DNA from: Octopus vulgaris
Taxonomy: Eukaryota
Length of the DNA stretch: 64,000 nt
Assembly: GCA_951406725.2 (NCBI GenBank)
Contig: OX597822.1
Span: forward strand, 40,858,001-40,922,000
Direction of reading: 5' to 3'
The translations under genes were made by a program, and so were the position numbers. A model generated the notes under the pieces. That model saw nothing but the letters and a program-made list of their open reading frames with translations. It did no database searches and was not told where the DNA came from. Shown piece by piece: positions 57,018-64,000 of this stretch (positions are counted from its first letter, which is position 1; the number at the start of each line of letters is the position of its first letter).

Positions 57018-57023
<6 letters not shown>
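56463..57023. repeat. ~560-bp imperfect fold-back with opposite-polarity hammerhead-like motifs
   Basis: Arms centred ~56695. Plus 56914-56959: tct-CCGATGA..GAAAC-AGCT-GTA-aga. Minus copy at 56527-56574. Confidence 0.75.
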
Positions 57024-57091
<68 letters not shown>

Positions 57092-57973
57092 GGTATATAA
57101 GTCGAAATAGTACATATAGTAAACACGTAGTGTAAACATTCAAACATCATCACTATCTTTTCCAAATCCTGTTGCATTTCACATGGAATTTTTGGTCCTT
57201 CAAAGTCATGTTAGGGTATCAGTTGATCAACCTTTCTGGGCGGTAAATTTTGGTTAGAAAATTCGACTTGAACGCCGGAAATAGGCTCGATAGAACAAAC
57301 CAGTAAAAATCGCCAATTCTACAGTTTGAGAAGGGCGAGTGAAGATTTGACTCAACATAAATTTTAGTAATCATTGCTACTAAAGGTACAAAGTCTGAAA
57401 TGTTTAGGGACGAGGCTAGTCGATTACATTGACCCCTATACTTGACTGACACTTATTTTATTGACACTAAAAAGAGATTAAAGGCAAAGTCAACCTCAAG
57501 AGAGTTTGAACTCAGAACGTCAAGCAGGAAAGAATTGCCGCTAAAGCTTATGGTTCAATGTGCTGACGATACTACCAGCTCGCTAATTATACAGATAATG
57601 AATTATTGACGTTATCACGTATCGTCCATGGCCATCACTACCTCAAACCACAACCACAGCCTATAACGACCCGCCATAAAATCACGTGATGACGGCCAAA
57701 GCAGTTTGCATAATTTAATAATTGTCTTGATTTCCGTTCATCTTGTTCAATTACGTGAATTGTATTAACGTGATTATTGTTGTTGTTGTTGATGATGATG
57801 ATGCTTTTGTTATTTGTGGTTGTAGTTGCTTTTCTAGATGCTAATGTGTGTGCGCTCCCGCGTGTAGTGGCGCGCGCGCAGCTAAGTGTTCCCTGACTTC
57901 GATGAACCAAATCTAATTTCATCGGCGGACAATTTTGTTTGATGAAGGAAGAAAAATTTAAAACCTCAGTTCA

Positions 57974-58038
<65 letters not shown>

Positions 58039-58039
58039 T

Positions 58040-58540
58040 CTTTCATTCTTTTATTTCTTTCAGTTATTTGCTTGCAGCCATGCTGGAGCACCGCCTTTAG
58101 TCGAACAAATCGACCCCAGGACTTATCCTTTGTAAGCCTAGTACTTATTCTATCGGTTCTCTTTTGCAGAACCACTACGTTACGAGGACGTAAACACACC
58201 CACATCGGTTGTCAAGCGATTGTAGGGGGACAAACGCAGACACACGAACATATGCTCGAAATGAGTTGATAGACAACCGACAACTGAAGGGTCTTTCTCG
58301 GTGTTTACTTGTTCTGTTTTCCATTTTTTCTCTCGTTTTTTACGTATTTCATGCTATTTATACCGTTGGTGACGTCCTGTACCCATATGTATGTATGTAT
58401 ATTATTTATTATTGTGTGTATGTGCGCGTGCATGTGTGTGTGCGGCTTCTTTCACAAGTTACCTGTCCAAGATGCCATGCAGTGGGACTGAACCCGGAAC
58501 AATGTGGGTGGTAAGCAAGCTACATACCACACAGCCATAT
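58040..58540 (-). mobile_element. SINE family A interrupted by another repeat
   Basis: Tail at 58040-58245, head at 58460-58540. Confidence 0.7.
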
Positions 58541-58710
58541 ATATGTATGTATATATGTACATATATATATATATGTACTTACATATATAATATATGTATA
58601 TACATTATATAACATTTATATATATATGTAAGTACATAGACACACATGTATACATGTAAGTGTCAATATATATTCTCTCTCTCTCTCTCTCTTCTCTCTT
58701 CTCTCTCTGT

Positions 58711-59890
58711 AAGGTGGTGCGCTGGCAGAATCGTTAGGGCACCGGACAAAATGCTTTGCGACATTTCCTCTGACTTCACGTTCTTAGTTCAAATTCTATC
58801 GAGGTCGACTATATTTTTCCTCCTTTCCGGGTCGATAAAATAAGGACCAGGGTTGACGTAGCTGACTTGCACCCTGCCCCGAAATTGCTGGCCTTGTGCC
58901 AAAATTTGAAACCAATATATACTCAGCGTAAATATGAGAATGCATCGGCGTTCATGAATTTCATTTCGTGTATTTTAGTACTAATGCTCATAAATATATT
59001 TACGCAAGGACGAGGACAAATGCTGAAGTAAACCAAGATTTGCTGTAATAGTAGAGCCTTTGGTATGTAGTTGTTGGCGGTGAGCTGGCAGAAACGTTAG
59101 CGCGCCGGGCGAAATGCTTAGCAGTATTTCATCTGCCGCTACGTTCTGAGTTCGAATTCCGCCGAGGTCGACTTTGCCTTTCATCCTTTCAGGGTCGATT
59201 AAATAAGTACCAGTTACGCACTGCGGTCGATATAATCGACTTAATCCCTTTGTCCGTCCTTGTTTGTCCTCTCTGTGTTTAGCCCCTTGTGGGTAGTAAA
59301 GAAATAGGTATGTAGTTGTTGGCCTTCATGTTTTGTCTTCAAATACCGCCGAGGTACAGCTTTACCTTCCATAAGTTCCTGATCGATAAATTAAAGTAGC
59401 CGGCAAGAACTGTGGTCGATGTAACATTTCTATAATGTAAGGAGGCGAGCTGGCAGAAACGTTAGCACGCCGAGCGAAATACTTATCGGTCTTTCGTTTA
59501 TCTTTACGTTCTGAGTTCAAATTCCACCGAAGTCGACTTTGCCTTTTATCCTTTCGAGGTCGATAAATTAAGTACCAGTTGCGTACTGGCGTCGATCTAA
59601 TTGGTTGGTCCACCCCTCTCCAAAACCTTCGGGCCTTGTGCCTAGAGTAGAAAAGAATATTATTAAAATGTAAGGCGACGAGCTGGCAGAAACATTAGCA
59701 ATCGGGGCGAAATACTTAGCGGTCTTTCGTCTGCCGCTACGTTCTGAGTTCAAATTCCACCGAGGTTGACTTTGCCTTTCATCATTTTGGGGTCGATAAA
59801 TTAAGTATCAGTCGCGTACTGGGGTCGATCTAATCAACTGCCCACTCCCCCAAAATATCGGGCCTTGTGCCTAGAGTAGAAAAGAATATA
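58711..59890 (+). mobile_element. Cluster of ~4 SINE family B copies
   Basis: Heads at ~58712, 59077, 59441 and 59673. Confidence 0.8.
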
Positions 59891-60269
59891 TTTCTACTCT
59901 GTATCTTCTATATGTAACAGAAATAATCACACACGCAGAAGTATGCATATAAGTTTCTGTGTATGTGTTAATGTGTATATGAGTGTGTGTATGTGTGCGT
60001 ACATACACACACACACATATATATGTATGTATGTATATATACATACACACACACTATATATCTGTGTATATATATATGTAAAGTTAATCCAAACATAAAA
60101 ACACTATGAGAAAACACAACAACGCGAGGACGTCGAACAAGTATAGTATTATTGGACCCTCAGGAAAGGAAAGAAAGAAGTAGGATTCAGCGGTTCGAGC
60201 GGAGCTCTTCGCCAGAAACATAGGAATGGAAGACGGAGGAAAAAGATCGCCAACGATACACACACGGTC

Positions 60270-60304
<35 letters not shown>

Positions 60305-61644
60305 CGCATCTGAATATGTACATGTAAGCAAACACATACAAATATATACGTGTATGTATGTAAATATGTAAATATATATATGTATTACACACATACATTA
60401 CACACGTACACACACACCTACATACACATGCATACACACACACACACAAACATGCACGGACACACCCAGACATACATACATACACCTATATACACACGCC
60501 CACACACCTACATACACACACATATACACACGCCCACACACCTACATACACACACATACATACACACACATACACGGACACACCCATACGTACTTACATA
60601 CATACACCTATACACACACATGCATACACACACACACATGTACGCACATACACACACATATACGCACATACATATATACCCACACACATGCACACACACA
60701 CACATACGCACAAGCATGCATGCATGCACACGCGCACACCTACACGCATACACACACACACACGCACGTACACATACATACATACACACACGCATACATA
60801 CACCCATACACATACATGCATCCTACACACACATACATACACACTCACACATACATACACACACACACACTCACTCACACACCTGTATGTACGCGCACAC
60901 ACATGCACATACACACACTTCCCCACACCCACACGTACATACATACACACTCATACACACACACACACACACACGGACATACATCTATGCACACACATAT
61001 ATACACACATACTCACATACATTCATCGGACACACTGCCACCCAGACATACACACAGACACACTCACACATCCACACACATACATACTTACGCGCACACT
61101 CGCAGGCACGCGCACACACGCGCTTGCGCCGGGTCGCGCACGCATACGCGCCGCATGCACCTCGCTCTCGGACCCGACGAGACCTCCCGCCCGTTCCTGG
61201 GACCGTCGCTGTCGTTGGGTTTTCCCACGCCCGTCTCCGCGGGACCACTCTTCCATCTTCCCCTCAGCTGGAGTCCTTTTTCCTTACCCCCCCCCCCTTT
61301 TTCGTTACACACACGCGCACACATATACACACATTGCTTAAATATATACATTACTCTTACACACATTCAATCTACTCGCCATTAATACTACCACGACACT
61401 GGACACACACACACACTACCACTCAACACACGCTGGCACGCTACATACCCCTTCCCCTCCCTCCCTTCCTCCTTCCTTCTTTTTCTTACTACTGACCTTT
61501 ATCTGCTATGCTGACCACCGTCTCGCCCTACCTCACACGCCTACACACAGACGCACACACTTACACATACATATATTTTTTGTTTTTTTATCTCGCCTCA
61601 CACACACACATACACACACGCACACGCACACACTCACACATACA

Positions 61645-61948
61645 CACACATCTGTTGCGTTACCAACCTTGTCTCCACTCTTTTGCCTTTAAAAACCCAC
61701 TTTGCCCTTGTTATCGTAAACATCCGCCTTTCACCATGTGTAACTCGTAAACACCAGTCGTTTTTTTTCTCTATCCCTGTTGCCCGCTCTGGGATCTTTC
61801 TTTCCTCTCTCTTCCTTCTTTATGTTTCCGACGAAGAGCTCCGCTCGAAACGTCATACCTCCCTGCTTCCATTTCCTGAGCGCCTATTAATAATAATACT
61901 GTAATTGTTCCATTGCTGTTGTTTTTTTGTTTTTCCCGTTTGGATTAA

Positions 61949-61952
<4 letters not shown>
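61645..61952 (+). mobile_element. Copy of the 39415-39722 repeat with HHR-like motif at 61821-61858
   Basis: Near-identical sequence, followed by (TA)n. Confidence 0.7.
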
Positions 61953-62009
<57 letters not shown>

Positions 62010-62740
62010 GCATGTGTATATGTATATATGAATTTATGTATGGACATGTGTGTATATATGTATACCAAACTCGCCCTATTAATTACTAGTTGAATTCAGC
62101 CAATAGTCTACCATTCAGTTTCTGTCGGCTCTATTTGTCTTACATGGTTTTGATTGACCCTGATGTATAGTAAAGGAATAACTTACCTTAACGTTATTTG
62201 CGTTGAAGAGCTTATGGTATTTATTGGTGTTAGGGAAATGATGTGTTGTTAGTACTAAGTAATTCCTGTTATTAGCGATCTCGGTTTTATGTCACACTTT
62301 AAACCAGAATACTTTCTAATTCTTGATTCTATTCTGAAGTGGAGTGTGGTACCTAATCTAAATAAAGTTGTTCTTCACTAAAGCTTGAATTCAGTTGAAT
62401 GACAAACTTTCTGATAGTACGAAAGAACCTGTGCAAACTTTTAATCTAACTTTGACCAATTTTCAAAACTGTATTTTGTTTCACCTAACCAAACTTATTT
62501 TTAATAACACCAATTCCTCCCGAAAGCATTTTATTCACTCAGCTTGCTGATTCTTTCAGCATAGCTTCAAATGGCAGTAAATAATGGACCTTGATGAAAC
62601 TGTACCGGAAATGGTACCAGAAGGTTGCATATCTAACAGTGTGCAGTCGATGCACTTGAAACGCGCGTAGGTCCACGAAAGGGTATTGTTTAATAAAATC
62701 AAAGATGTGGAAAAAAATTTCCATTCTCCTGATTATTATT

Positions 62741-62807
<67 letters not shown>

Positions 62808-62864
62808 TGTGTATGTTTGTCTGTGTATATGTGCGCGTGTGTATATGGTCTGTGCTTGCTCGCT

Positions 62865-63055
62865 CCATCGCTTGACGACCGGCGTTTGCTTACATCACCG
62901 TGATTTAGCGGTTCAGTAAAAACGATGGAACAGATACCAGGCTTAAAAAAGAAACTACTGAGGTCAATTCATTCGACTAAGAAATTCTTCAAAGCGGTGC
63001 CCCAGCATGACCGCAGACTAATGACTGAAACAAGTAACAGATAAAATAAAAATAA
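62865..63055 (+). mobile_element. SINE family A 3' half
   Basis: gcggtgccccagcatgaccgcag..gactgaaacaag. Confidence 0.7.
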
Positions 63056-63569
63056 AATACTATTTAGGCTGTATCAATATTCCTTAACACTAGTTTTTCC
63101 ATAGTTTATTATAAAACCCCTCACCGACCATGAAATATTCTTATACTATCATACAATATCAATTAACAATTTTTCTTTAAGATCATCTAATGAGTACCTC
63201 TTACTTTCATTAAATAAACTACAAGTTAATATCCTCAATTTATCCTACAGCTTCATATAATTATGGAATATAATTGAGCCCCGTCAGAATCGCTATTAAC
63301 GTAAATGAATCTTAATTTCGAAATATAAAATTACCTAACTTCCTTTTATTGTTTAATGAATACCATTCATTTCTACTACATTCTTTATTCCAATTAATCC
63401 ACTGTAAACCTAATTAATTTAACAATTCGCTTATAATTTGTGAAGTTTCCGCCATTTCATATAGCCTCATTACTTAACAATTCACAAAACTTTTCTTTGG
63501 CTCACCACAAACAACTTCAAGCGTTTTATTGGTTCAAACTTAATACCAAGCTCTTAAATTAGTTGCTTT

Positions 63570-63802
63570 TTGTCTTGGTGTATAGGTTCCCCACCCGGAT
63601 GGAATGCAGGTCCATCGCAGGTGAAGTGCAAGATGCTGGAGGAAAGAGTGAGAGAAAGTTGTGGCGAAAGAGTCAGCAGAGGTTTGCCATTACCTTCTTA
63701 GATGTGTCGCTTATAAACACACACATCGCCCGGTCTGAAATTCGAACCCGCGATCCCTCGACTGCGAGTCCGCTGCTCTAACAACTAGGCCATGTGCCCC
63801 CA
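63570..63802 (-). mobile_element. tRNA-derived SINE family D
   Basis: Minus: ggggcacatggcctagttgttagagcagcggactcgcagtcgagggatcgcgggttcgaat. Confidence 0.7.
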
Positions 63803-64000
63803 CTAAATTAGTTGTAAATATAAAACAAATTCATAATACTAAGTTTTGTTACGAAGTAAACCCATCGGGTTGGAGCCGTTACTCCTTAAAGTATTTAAAG
63901 TTAATGGTTTCAAATTTTGGCACAAGGCCAGCAATTTTGAAGGAGGGGTAAGTCGATTATATCGACTCCAGTAATCAACGCATTACTTATTTTATCGACT

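Overview
AT-rich, microsatellite-saturated animal DNA. The SINE repertoire strongly suggests an Octopus genome (inference). No host protein-coding gene can be supported apart from one speculative exon at about 19.9-20.1 kb, and most track ORFs are translated simple repeats. Recognisable coding elements are: a near-full-length Penelope-like retroelement (PLE, Hydra-type, RT plus C-terminal GIY-YIG, 5785-10045, minus strand) with ~575-bp terminal direct repeats; a Tc1 pseudogene; mariner and pogo remnants; RTE, CR1 and R4/Dong LINE fragments; a Helentron-like element; and many tRNA-derived SINEs. The most striking signal is a dense set of more than 20 minimal type-I hammerhead ribozyme (HHR) motifs from about 10 unrelated sequence families, found by eye. 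Nearly all have a palindromic stem III. They sit in the PLE repeats and in non-coding, mostly (TA)n-flanked partial-tandem or fold-back units of about 0.2-0.9 kb that resemble retrozymes or non-autonomous PLEs. All calls come from manual reading; no searches or folding programs were run.
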